Assembly (NCBI RefSeq): GCF_009914755.1
Contig: NC_060936.1
Reading direction: 5' to 3' (one strand)
Source of the DNA: the human T2T-CHM13v2.0 reference genome, Homo sapiens
DNA length: 64,000 bases
How positions within the stretch are numbered: position 1 is the first letter of the stretch; the number at the start of each line of letters is the position of its first letter. The position numbers were made by a program, and so were the translations under genes. The notes beneath the pieces were generated by a model, which was not told the DNA's origin, did no database searches, and was given only the letters and a program-made list of their open reading frames with translations. Below are positions 13,141 to 26,945 of this stretch, piece after piece.

Positions 13141-15199
13141 AACTACAACTTACTATAAAACAACCTAGGAAAATAATTTCAAAAAATCAAGTAAAATATG
13201 CTTCACCTTGCCTGTCATGAAAACTACCCCAAAATCAAAAGTTTCATCAAAGAGTAATAGGGCTACTTGTACCCATTTTTATGAAATAACCACCTACTAT
13301 TAATGTATTTGGTTATCTACCATTCCTATGACTTCTTCAGTTTGATCTTATCAATAAAGATGATAAAGGAATGTAGTAAGTATGAAGGACTGGGGAGGTG
13401 CCACTTCTATTAAGTTAATGTATAAAACGCCCGTAAACAGCACAAATACAAAATTGCTCAATTAATCTTTGCCTTTTTTTTTTCTTTGTTTGACAGTTGT
13501 CTTTCTAACTTCCCAAAGGTTCTATTAGGTCCTCAACAATATCTAAAGCTTTTAAGCCAGTGCTGTTGACAAGTGAAAGAGAACAACAAATAGCTTTGTA
13601 GTGCTCTTTTCCCAGGGTCATTCAACCAATGGTAATAGTTATTATTTTTATATATTAGCACTGAGCCCTGTCCTTTATCATGGCTAACTCATCCAACCCT
13701 CCTGACAGCAAAAACATTTTAACTTTTAATAAAAATGGGAGAGTGCAGCACTCTTGTGTAAGGCTCTTTCAGTAAAGTGCACAGCTAATGAATATTGTCC
13801 ATTTGGATTCAAATAATTTATGATGTCAGCAGCATGTGGGTGGGGAGATGTGAATCAAATTCTAGCTATTAGTTACAATGAGAAGGGTGAAAGTGGAGAA
13901 CAGGAGGGTTACTAAGGCGAGAGGAGTAGAATGAAAAAGCAAAAGCAACTTAATAAAATATTGAGAGGAAAAATATTTATGATGCATCCATAACAGTCAA
14001 CTTATAAAAATTAAAATATTTCCAACAAAAGATTTTCATGACTATTTTTGTTGTCCATCCATCAAATAACCAACTTTCTTACAGACCAGTTGTAATAACT
14101 CTGTTATTTTCCATATATTCCATTTGAAATAGTATTTTCTCAACTGTGTATATGTGAGATAGAACAAAATAATAGAAAAGAATACTGCAAGAACTATAAG
14201 CTATACATTATGTCATAAAGTATACAAGAATCAGGCATTTAAAAACAGTTAAATTCACAAGGCAAATTTATAAACAAACTGAGGAAAAACTTAAGATATC
14301 TTAAACATATTGCAGCTTAGTAAAGATGAGAGTGCGTAGTTCTGAGCAACTTATATATGCCTACTGATATATTTAAGAAAAAACTACCTAAATATGTATT
14401 TGAATTATAAATGGAGCAATTATCCTACTATAAAAAGTGAATTCACATAATCACTTTGTGTAATTGGATGTCTAGGCCATGTTGAAAACAAAAATTAATA
14501 TTTGCAGAATTTTGTTATTGTTATTCAAAATTGTGAAAGTGGGTGGTAGAGATAAAGAAGATGCAAAATGTATAGAAATAGAAAACCATTTAACATACAT
14601 TAGAATAAGAATTTCAATACTTTAAAATTATGACAGAATGTTTTACCACTGGAAGTGAGAATTAAAGCACATACAGCCTGATAAAGCACTACACATCCTG
14701 AATCTTCTCCATCACAACATATGTGAAAACAAATCACAATCTCAGCCTGCCAGATGCCTGAAAAGATATGAACAATAAAAGCTGACATGATTCATATGAT
14801 AAATCAAAGATTGTGATATGCAGGTAGTTGACTAGTTGAGCTGAAAAGCTAGTTATAATTCAAGTTATATTTTTATGTTCTAATACATAGAATCAGATTT
14901 TAAAATTTAAAAAACCCTCTGATTTGCTTATAATCGTATATTAAAATTTGTATATACATACATATCTTTCTCAACCAAAGTAGTCCATCTGCCTTAACAA
15001 CTTGTTTATTATTTGGTCTCTTATAACCTTTCATGTATTTTGTATTTTTGTCATTCTCAGAGCAATTTTAGGTAAGAAAATACAACAGTTTTATTTGCAA
15101 AAGGGCGTTTAATGTTCACAAACTTCGATACGATCTAATCAACAAGGAAACCTGCAGTCATGTGTTAGCTATGATGTTGCTGTGAAGTCAAAAGTGTAA

Positions 15200-15205
<6 letters not shown>

Positions 15206-15234
<29 letters not shown>
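15206..15234 (+). repeat. poly(A)29 with no adjacent retroelement body
   Basis: Directly visible. Confidence 0.9.
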
Positions 15235-15237
<3 letters not shown>

Positions 15238-16224
15238 TTTTCCTTGGAAGTATTTTCATATTAGAGGGAATAAGTGAAATAAGTTAAAAAAGAAGCAAAC
15301 AAACAGCAACAATAAATAATTAAAGGAAGCCTGGATACACAGAAAAAGAGAAAAGCAGAGTATGGAGTTTTACTTTTCCTGCATCACCAGAGACTTCTCA
15401 TTCTTAATGATAAAGGCAGTGGGTATAAAATTAGTTATGTATAATCTTTTGAAATATTTATTTAATTTCTGAACTATATGAAAGGTATTATCTTTGCTTT
15501 TAATGGCATAAAGTACCATTAGAACTATTAGACTACTTTCAAAAATTAAAATACACTTTATTTATGGATACTGCCATCTTCTTTATTTTGCACAGTTCAC
15601 ACAAACATGCATGCTCACATACACAGACACAAATGATCAAGAGGCATCATATCCTATTTGTGTATTCATTCATTTATCTAACAGTCATTGGGTAAACCCC
15701 TCCTATGGCACTGTGATAAGAACAAAGACATGGCCTCTGTACCTTAGGAAACTCATCATCTCCTGAGGAAGATACACCAATTGTGACCATCACTAAAACC
15801 ATTTATTCAAATTGTTATAGTGTCACTGAGTTGTTTTCCAAATGTTTCATTTATTGACGCAAAATTAGAACTAACGATGCCTTACTTGAATTATTAAATT
15901 AGTGAATAGTAAATAAATGTGCAGACAGACTTTTCTAAATGCTACTATAGCAGTATTCCCATAAAGTAAAAGTTCTAAAGTAATCTTCTGGTCATCAGTT
16001 AAACCTGCTATAAAAATTTCTACTAGACAACCAAAAACGGGAGCAGTTTCTCATCTTGTCTATAATGAGGAAAATAATTGAATCACATAAGCAATATAAA
16101 GTTAAATTTAAACTACATGGATAAGAATAGTAGAATCAATTAGTTCAACATACAGTATATACTACATATTTTTCCAGCCATGAAGGATATTATCAAGAGC
16201 ATAATAGAATTGAACCCTACCCAC

Positions 16225-16365
16225 CTAAAGGTCAAAATCATAGGAGGCTTTCTTAAAATGCAAAATTCCAGGGCAATCAGAGAGTATGGTTCATTATATT
16301 TTGTTTGAATCCCAGGAATCTGAACTTTTCTAAGACTTAAGGTAATTCCTTGATGAAAACACTGA
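16225..16365. mobile_element. MER5-like hAT MITE fragment
   Basis: aatcataggaggctttcttaaaatgcaaaattccagggc...cccaggaatctgaactttt. Confidence 0.45.
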
Positions 16366-16767
16366 CGGGTTATTAAAATATGGATAAAAGCATCATAACA
16401 AATATCCAAAATTTTGAATTAAAATGACTAAGATGTGAAAGAGTAAAATCTACTGAATTCTTCTTAGAAAGTTAAAAGAATTTTACTAACACCACACTAT
16501 CATGAATAATAATTAAATATTAAATATTATCAACAAAAAATCCAAATATATTCCAATACTTTGCTGTTTTACAACTCCATGAAATGTAACATTTTTAATG
16601 CAAGAAAAAAAGTCAAAGTAAAATGCAGTAAAAACTGCTAAGGGGATAATATTGTATATAATTTATTATATCGGGGAAAATGAAGAAAATTATTTACTGA
16701 TGTATTTTGATCAAAGATTTTGCATAACTCTTAAATAAGGGATTATAAATCATGTAACCACATATTA

Positions 16768-17161
<394 letters not shown>

Positions 17162-20100
17162 TCAGCCAAATGACCAGAACATCATCTCTGAATTGTTGAG
17201 AACTGAGGTGAAGCAGCCTCAGAGAAGAATGGGAGAATCACGTTACAAGCAATTTAATGAATCAGAGAAGAACAAAGGAGATAAAGTCCTCTTTATTCAG
17301 AAAATTCCCTATGTGAACTCTTTAAGGGAATGGCAGGACCAGAAATTACAAATCCTGGAAAGGGTGGTATGGTAGAAAACAAAATAGTCTATGTACCTTG
17401 AATATAACTAACAGGGATTTCTACAGGACAACATTTTGAATGGTTATTCTTTCTATATTCTTAAAACCATCGGTGAGTAATATCCATAAAATCATGTCTC
17501 ATATCTAGTAACTGAGAGGAAAACATGATCTATAAATATTCGAAAGGATAATGAAATATGGGGAAGGCAAGAGAAAGAGTATTGTTGAATATTCTTTCTC
17601 CTGCACTGATCTTTTCAGAAATAAATGTTGAATATCTTCACTCATATATATATATATATAATAAATGATAAAGATACAGATCTGTAGATTTATATCACCT
17701 AAATCTTTCTCTTTCACACACATGTGTATTTAGTATAGTTAATGTATGATATTTACATATAATTTGAACTCAACCCCTCATTACGAATGTATCTGAGGAA
17801 CAATAGCAGGTGGGGGTAGGGAGGGCTCCAAGGATGCTCATCATACTATGCCATGGATTCCATGCTTTCCTAATGAGTCACCCATTTAAAAGAATGACAT
17901 TTTCAAAGGTAGAAAAATGCTTATTTACAACAGTCTAGGGGTTTTTGTGAAGTGCAATGAAACATAAGCAGTTAAAAAATTAAGGTATAGATCAGTATTT
18001 CATCTCAAAGGGATGGATGCGTCCAATAAAATAAGAGACCACCCAATTTTCTGACCTAGGGGTCAGAGAGCAAGCTTTTACAAACTTGGAAATGGTCTTT
18101 TTTAAAGCCATGAAGGTCTGTGTTCCACATGTCAGAAACTCAAAGGTGTTTATACCGCTGGGAATCTTCTCTAAGGTATAAAAAAACACCCAGGAACCTG
18201 CTATGGCAGTTTTGTCTCAGCCCAACAGGGTCTCTTTTACAGAACAATTACATCTCTCACCTAAGATGAACACCAGGATGAATATGAAAGCTTCAAAAAA
18301 ACTTCACTGGCCTCAACTAATTGGAAGAATTCTCCCAATTCTTCAAAGGAGATGATTTAAATGAAACATTGCTAGTAATTAGGATAAATTAGGAACATAT
18401 ATTTGAATCACTCTTATAAAGTGTTCCAATAATAAGAGTTGAGATCATCAATTAAATTACAAGCATTCCAACTTGAAATTCCAACTACAGTAGCTGCTCA
18501 TAATCTAGTTGCAATTTTTTTTTACAAGGCAAATATTTTCACGTAAGAAATCTGGGAAGTGAAACAGGTAAGTCATTGCAATAAATTTGTAATCATTAAA
18601 ATTGATCTTTATTGCTTGACAGGGTTCAACACTGAAAGCTGTATTATCTACCTAAAACATACATTTATGAGATTAAAAATAAAGTGTTTCATTTCTAAAG
18701 AAAGAAACAAAAACGCTATTGTTCCCTGGTAGCTACCAAAGAACAAAAGATAAATTACTTCGTATAATGAGGGTATTAAATTCTTCATCAGAAAATTTCC
18801 AAAATGTTTAAATTACATTAGATACATAATCTAACAAGCTTTCCTATCATACAGTAGGTATCAATGTATTATTTTAGTCCATAATTCTAGACATAAAACT
18901 TGGGTTATTTTTCTCTCTTGTTTTTTCCTTAGCAAACTATTCAGCTTATAGAGTAGCACCCTCAGAAATTATGAAGCAGCAAAGCCAAATCTCCAAACAT
19001 GTGAAGAGTTCTGTGCCAAATGAAGGTGTTTAAAAACTAAACCTAGCACCTTTAAAAAGTACCTGATTTGAGCTTAATTGAATCTCTTGTTTCCATACAT
19101 ATTTTGGCCTTTCTGTTGTTGACGTGACATATAAAGTACTTAAAAAATAATGATCAGTGAAGTTTCACAGCATGGAAGGAAAAAAAAAAAATAAGAGGGG
19201 AAAAAGTTTATTTCACACTATTTGAATTACCTGTAGGTAGTTCTCTATGGGGCTACTACCAAATCCTTTAAGCCCACCAGCTCTTACCTACATTAAATTA
19301 ATGAGGCATCTCAAGCATTCATTCTTCACCAGCAGCTCTAGGCTCTCCAGTTGGACACCTACAATTTACTAAATTACAAACAGTGACCTAAGGGAGACAT
19401 CTGTTTGTCATATACAACATTGTAATATAAAATAAACTAGAAGAATATCTGAGAGATTAAGATGATAAGATATATGTTGAATTGTATCTTCCGGGGTTAA
19501 TAGGGGCCGGTCTACAACTCTGTGATCTTCTCTTTGCCAATACAAATTCCTATTTTCCCATCAGGAAGTAAAGGTCTCTGAAGATCAACATTATGAAATA
19601 CAATACTTATGAACAATCCAATGCTAAGAGGTCTCTATTATGCCATGATACTCACTACCTCCATACAATATTTTATTAAGCCTAAATACATTAAGCTTGA
19701 TTATAATCAATTTTTTATAATACCACCTTCTTACTAATGCTCATAACACTTGGCTCCCAGGGATGTATTTATAATGAGATGGCCGGGTGTATTTTCCATT
19801 AAAGGCCTCTGTTGGAGTTTCTATAGTGCCTTTTTTCATATATTTCAAGTTAAATGCTCCCTCTGTTTTTTTTTTTTTTTTTTGCCTCACAATAACCAGT
19901 CACTTTTCAATGATTAATTTTCTATCAAAGAACAATTTGCTTCATTTTCCTTTGTCCTGTCATGTTTTCAGAACCAGCTCTTTCTTCCTCCCCTATCCGT
20001 GGCAGAAACTCACCTCTTCCCTCCTGCCAGACCACCACTTTCTAGCCCCCAAATTGTTTCTAATGATGTATAGTCAAAGATATTTAGGCTCACCCCCATT

Positions 20101-23100
20101 ACCCCACCCACCCAACGCAGAGGACTACTACTCAATTAACAAAAAGAAAACCCTGAATTATCAAGGCCATAACTGAGCCAAAAAGGACTGTAGCCATTTA
20201 TTTTATATGACCTCAGCAATTTCTTGATTGAATTGCAACCCTGCATTAATTCAAACACTGTGTGTGTGATTTCATAAATGCTGGGTGTGTAAGGTGGAAT
20301 CAAGGAGGGGAGAGAGCGACAAAAAAATTATTTTAAAAATCTCAGAAAAAAATTCTTTTTTCAGATTTTTTTTTCAACATGCTCTTTACTTTGTTATGGA
20401 ACTTATACACATTTTGTGAAATTCTCTGAACGGTATTCCTAGGCATGTTTAAACAACAGAAATAATGGAAGCATAATTGATTGCAGCTGGGAACTGTCAT
20501 CCTATCAGTAAGCAGCACCTAACTGACAAATACTACAAGCTTGTTAAAGATTCCTTTATGAACTGGGCACTGTAAGAAGACTGGGCATTCTTTATCCCAT
20601 GTAGTTAAATCAAAATCTTCACTGACTTATTTCTCAAATTTTACTAGACTACAAACAGTAAGTGGTCAGTTTGTTGGCCTCTATTCAGTTGGTTTGGGCA
20701 GAGAAGGTGGGGTGCTTGTTTTATAAAGCTAAATACATAACAGGTTTATAAACATGCTATATCTTTCTGTCACAGTGGAGATATTCAATAAAAACAGTCT
20801 TCTCAGTACATGAACTTTCATAGGAGAAACGAGAAAAAGTAAAATCTCTTACTCAAAAATCCATTTTTGTGAATCAGATTATTATAAATTTCTTCATACA
20901 TATCGTATTCTAATCAGGGACTACCAAGTTTCAATTCTTATCTAGAAGGAGCTTTTATATCAATTTTTAAGTTTACTTAACACATACTTTCCCAAAAATG
21001 GAGCAAAAAAAAAAAAAAAAAAGAAAGAAAGAAAAACTAATAACTCCACATTAAATTACTAAGAGAAAAGCTACAGTAAGCCCCTTTTCCTATTTTCTTA
21101 TATTTGTGTAGCTGTTAGACATTTTGCAAAGGAGGGGAGTACCAGCCAGCCTTTCACAACAAAAGACCTACTGTCACTGAGCCAGTCCCAGACATGGTGG
21201 AAACCAGCCCACAGGAAAAGGCCTGGCTCCAATGTTAGGCCCCGGCCGAGTACAGTCACTATATTCACTCAAATTGGCAACAGGTCTCAGTGTTCCTGGC
21301 TTTGAGCTGTGAACAAGGGTCGGGATTGAATAACCAATTATACAACCGCTGACTGAGTTTATCCAAGGTTTGCAAACTGCTATAATAGCCCAGTATTCAA
21401 CCAACTGTTTTATCCTTTTCCAGATATAGTGTCATATCTCCCCTTGTGCTCCATTTACATGTCACTTTATTACATACATCCATTAAAAAGGTTAATACAG
21501 TGTCACACTCAATGCCTAAATGTTGCCTTACAGGAGTTCTGCTTCTCTCGGGGCATTTCATATAGACACCTTTCTCTGTCTTTCACTTTCTCTCTGCAAG
21601 TTAAACCAAGTTTCTGTCAAGACTACAAAACAGTGCCTGAAAGACCAGTAGCCAAATGTCAACAGTTTCAAAAATATTCCTTATACAAAGAGGCTGCTTT
21701 AACCCACCTTGGTATATAAAAAATGTGAAAACTCTGAAGTTTGGCAGTTCAGACTAGCACCCAAATTTGAGGTGCTCATATAAATTCATAGAAATATGTG
21801 CCTTCTTCCTCTGCCAAAATGGACGTCTCTCTCAAAGTTCAAGAAGACATGAAATTTCTCCCAGCATATTTGCATGCCTGCTCTTATACTAAGTGGTTAC
21901 CATGGAATTAAAAAAATAAATTTTCAAGTACTTTTCCTAAATATCTACAAATGTGAAATTCTTGAATGAACACCTTCCAATTCAATAAAGCATAAGAGAA
22001 ATGGTAGAAATATCAGGTAGCTGTGAAGACGTTGGCAATTTTTTGATGTCTTCATCTTTGGCCCTTTATTTTTATTCCATGCTTTGTGTTAACAGGTGTT
22101 TTACACATAACTTATCTTCTCCACTGACGCTATTTATCTTTAAAATCAATAATACAGATTCCTTTTAGAAACATGATATCCAATGGATTATATGAAAAGT
22201 ACACCAACATTAAATAACAAAGCTGGCTAAAAATGAGAATGACCAACATTATGGAAAATCACTTACATCTTCTGTAAATATTTGAAATACGTGTATGTCT
22301 TTTGTTTATCTGTAATTAAAATAAAAGAAAAAGTTCTCTCAAATGCGCAATGAAAACCTTTTATATAGCAGCTACTAATTGAGAGCTAAATGATAATTAA
22401 CCTTTAAGTGCTTTACATATGTTTATTTTTAATTCTTACAAAATGCTATTTGTAGTTGTGAAGAACAAGAACTTTATAGCTAGCCTTCCTCTTTCATTTA
22501 CAAGCTCTGACATCTGGTTTACTCATCCATATAATTAGTATATACCTAATATACCTAACATATAGGGCAATTTAAGGTATTAAATGACTTTCTCTAAGTG
22601 AGGTACCTCAATATACTAAATACGTTTAGGTGTTTGTCACCATCAACATCATTGTCATCAGCATCATGACCATATTAAAAAGTAATTTATTGACCAAGTA
22701 ATCGAATCTCAAGCAGCTCAGTGAGTGGCAGGGCACATGACAACATTTTGCTTTTTCAAGCAAATCGGTATCTGCAAGCATTTCCTTACTAATAATATCA
22801 GTCTTCATTTACTGAGCATCTACTATGCTTAGTTATTTGCAATGCCAAAGTGTAGGAGAAACATTATTCTAATAAAGGAGTCAAATCTTATTTCTGCAAC
22901 TCTTGAGTTTGATATAAATACTTAACATTCTGAATTCCATCATCTTTTAAATCATTGTTAATTCTAGCTAAAAGTTTTAAGCATGACTATTTTTGTTATT
23001 TTATATATATAGATATGAGTATATAAAATAATAAATACTTCTAATTTCTTGGCCCTTATCTGTGACTAAATAATTTGTTCACCAAATCCAGTGGTGGTAG

Positions 23101-23489
<389 letters not shown>

Positions 23490-23717
23490 TACCAGGGCAT
23501 TTTTTAAGTTAAAACTTGTCGCTGATTTCTAAAAAGGAAAAAAAAAAATTGAGTTTTACATATTTGCAGGTTTTGGAGATACAAAGACACCAGTCAAAAA
23601 AATCAATATAAAACCTAAAATGCAATGCAAAGTATTAAAATGTTAATGGAAATCAAGTGTACTAAGGCTGACATTTGCAGGTTGCTAAATAAATCAGTTT
23701 CATTACTTTATCAAAGG

Positions 23718-23960
23718 TATAATAGTAGAGGGAGAAGAAAACTTCAGAGTCAGTCAAAACCAGGTTTGAATTTTGGTTCTGTTCTTTATTGACAAGCAGA
23801 TGTAGGCAAGGTATTTAGCCAGGGTCTGTCTTTGCTCATTTTAAAAAGTAAAATTATGATGCCCACTCGCCTTACAGAGAGAAAAAGGAAGACAAAAAGA
23901 GAGACAGAGACAAAAACGGTGTCTACACATTAAGTGCTTAATAGGGGATAGCTGCTATCA
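23718..23960 (+). mobile_element. MIR
   Basis: cagagtcagtcaaaaccaggtttgaattttggttctg...taagtgcttaata. Confidence 0.6.
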
Positions 23961-25034
23961 TCTTCATCAATATCATCATGTTACCTTTTACTGCCGTTAT
24001 AAATATACCTATAGAAACATTACTCTAGAACAAATAACTGAAATAATTATTTATGGGTTTAAATATGTTTTCTAAACCAAACTGATGTTTTGATCTGGGA
24101 CCTATTACTAGAAAATGACAGGGAAATAAAGAATAAAAGCTAAGAAAAATAAACCCAATTCTTTTACATATTTTGGTTATAATTGTAAGTGGCACTAGCC
24201 AGAATATTTATCTAATAAGTTTCATTCAAATTTCGGAATGATATAAAAGACTGCCATTGAAAAATAATATTTTTATTTTTCTTCCTTTGCACCCAAAATT
24301 CTAACTTCAATGATATTCTGCTGAGTCAAATTTTTTGTACTAAATTTTAAGAAGTTACTTAAAATACATGTATAAAATAGTAATAATTGATTCAATTATA
24401 AAGTTATAGTAAATTGTTAATGTCTTCACTATGCTTATAATTATACTCCAACAGCATCAGCATAGCAAAGAGAGAAAGTAAAGGCAAATGAGAAATTCTT
24501 CACATTCTATCACCCTAAGCAAAAGAGCAATTGTGCACTGAGAAGTCCTCTATTTTTACCCTGTCTCATTCTTGTAGTCATTTTCTCTGAAGAAAAAAAA
24601 ATAGTACTGGAATATTAGTCAAGCTAATTGGGAAAATATGAAGAAAGTAGTATTAAACAATTTACACAGATATTTAAGTTTTAAAAAGATTTTTGTGATA
24701 TACATCTTTAATCTGAATCCATGACTTTAAAGAAAGATTTTTTTCCAGTGATGCTCTTTTAAAATATTCAAAATTCAACTACTTATCTCCTTTTGTATGT
24801 ATGCAAAATAGAATTTGCCTTAAAGCAGACTCTGCATTTGTAACGGCTATGACAAACCTACATAGTTTAACAAATGATAAAAATTACAAGACAACTTTGT
24901 AATAATAAAGAGACAACTTTGTCACACTAAGTCATTAAACAAATGCTCTAAATAGCATGCATATTGTATATTTTGGAGCTATATTAGGCATTGTTTCCTT
25001 TTCCCTATCTTGTACATAATAATATGAAAATCAT

Positions 25035-25270
25035 TAATACTTATTGACTGTTTAAAATGCGCCTTGCATGGTGCTGTGGTTTATATAATTATTTAATTTT
25101 CAAAAAATCCTTAATAGGTAGGTAACATTAACATCATCTCCTCAGAGGAAACTGAAACTTAGAAAGGTTGAGTCATTTCTCAAGGACATATACCTAGCGA
25201 GGAAATAAGCCAGGATTCAAACAACTGTCTGTTGAATTTCAAAGACTGCTCTCTTAATCAGTAACAGTAC
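25035..25270 (-). mobile_element. MIR
   Basis: gaggaaactgaaacttagaaaggttgagtcatttctcaagg...gccaggattcaaac. Confidence 0.75.
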
Positions 25271-25404
25271 TGACCCACCAAGCCCACTAACAAGAATAGG
25301 TGGCATAACACAAAAAGAACTGAGTGCATATAATGCAATACCATTCTGAGCTCCTGTTGGTGATGATTTCTGAGTTTTCCAGGGTAATCCTTATTATTTG
25401 AACT

Positions 25405-25700
25405 TAGAATGTTATCCAAACTTCTTACCAAGGTCTACAGAGTTCTACAAGATTTGGCCTTCATTTATTTCTCCACAGTTATTTTGTACTGTTCAACTGA
25501 TCATCCACTAGCCACTGTGGCCATCTACATGCTTTGCCAATTAGCTGAGTTCATTGTCACTTCTGTGTGTTTCCACTATCTATTTGCACTTTTAGGGCAC
25601 TCTTGTCCAAAAACCTCACCTGATTGACTCTGTCTCTTATTCATATCTTAACTCATATTTCACTTTTTGAGAAAGGCCTTCTTTGACATACCATCTAACG
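25405..25700 (+). mobile_element. L2 3' region, left part (interrupted at 25700)
   Basis: tccaaacttcttaccaaggtctacag...ctagccactgtggcc...gaaaggccttctttgac. Confidence 0.75.
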
Positions 25701-25856
25701 CCACGGTCTCCAACCTTTTTGGCACGAGGAACCAGTTTCATGCAAGGCAGTTTTTTCCAAGGACTGTGGGCAGGGGGAGGGGAGTGGGGAACGATGGTTT
25801 CGAGACGAAACTGCTTTACCTCAGATCACTAGGCATTAATTAGACTCTCATAAGGA
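25701..25856 (-). mobile_element. MER1B (hAT-Charlie MITE), partial, one TIR
   Basis: ccacggtctccaacctttttggcac...gaaactgctttacctcagatcactaggcatta...ctcataagga. Confidence 0.85.
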
Positions 25857-26386
25857 ATTAAACTGCTTATAATTCTTTCACTGAATTAAGTAATGCTAAT
25901 AAATATAATTGTACTCAGAGAAAATGAAATTTATAAGTTGAAAATTCAAGCACAAAAAACTTTCAGAATTACAAATCGATGAACTTAGTGATAACATTTC
26001 CATTGAAAACATTATCTTTTTTTGACCAATTAAGTTCTCCTGGTCATTGTAACTTAAATGAACTTATATAAAATTAGTTTAATTAGTAACAATTTATTTT
26101 CCTCACTGTCTTATATTGCTATAGGAATGTAGAATTATGACACAGTTAAAAAGGACAAAAATAAACTATCAACTGCAAGTAACAGTCTTCAAACTTTTAA
26201 AGAAGGATATGACTGAGGAAGGCAAGAAATTTTATTTTTGAAACAAATTAATTTATCAGAGAAGAAACTATAGAAACAGAACTTTAGAGTTGAAAGGGAC
26301 CTTAGAAGTCACATTCCTTGAGATGTTGAAGACTTAGGCAAGACCATGCCATTGACAAGGAAGGAGTATTTGAGGTTCCCTTAGAG

Positions 26387-26726
26387 CAGTGGTCCCCAAC
26401 CTTTTTAGCACCACGGACCAGTCTCGTGGAAGACATTTTTTTTTAACAGGGGGATGGTGGAAGGGAGGATAATTTTGGGATTAAATGGTTCCACCTCAGA
26501 TCATCAGGCATTAGATTCTCATACAGAGTGCACAACCTAGATCCCTAGCATGTGCAGTTCACAATAGGATTCGTGTGCCTATAAGAATCTAATGCTGCTG
26601 ATGATCTGACAGAAGGAGGAGCTCAGGCAGTCATGCTCGCCCGCCACTCACCTCCTGCTGTGCAGCCCGGTTCCTAACAGGCCACGGACCAGTACTGGTC
26701 AGCGGTCCAGGGGTTGGGGACCCCTG
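26387..26726 (-). mobile_element. MER1B, full length (340 bp)
   Basis: TIRs cagtggtccccaacc ... ggttggggacccctg, with typical internal ggcattagattctcat / gaatctaatgc. Confidence 0.93.
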
Positions 26727-26945
26727 ATCTAAAGCAATATAGCCTTATTGTCACTTCCTATTTTCAATTTCTATCCATTTTCCTTTATTTTTATAGCACT
26801 TGTCACTAATAGAAGTAATTTTATTATTCATTTATTTATTTTCTCTTCCTCCCCACTAGAACACAAGTTCTAGGAGAACTGGAAGTTATCTGTCTTGGCA
26901 TATGTCAGACACACAACAAACATTGGTTGAATGAATAAATGAGTA
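26727..26945 (+). mobile_element. L2 3' end, right part
   Basis: tatagcacttgtcact...ctccccactagaa...ggttgaatgaataaatga (L2 tail). Confidence 0.75.

Noticed and set aside
15150-15234. Poly-T plus ttcacAG acceptor on the minus strand
   Set aside because: The nearest donor (CAG|GTTTCC) is weak and the implied exon is only about 28 nt.
19284-19295. TAG|GTAAGA on the minus strand as a recursive site
   Set aside because: No polypyrimidine tract upstream.
24890-24922. 12-bp direct repeat agacaactttgt
   Set aside because: Ordinary slippage-scale duplication.
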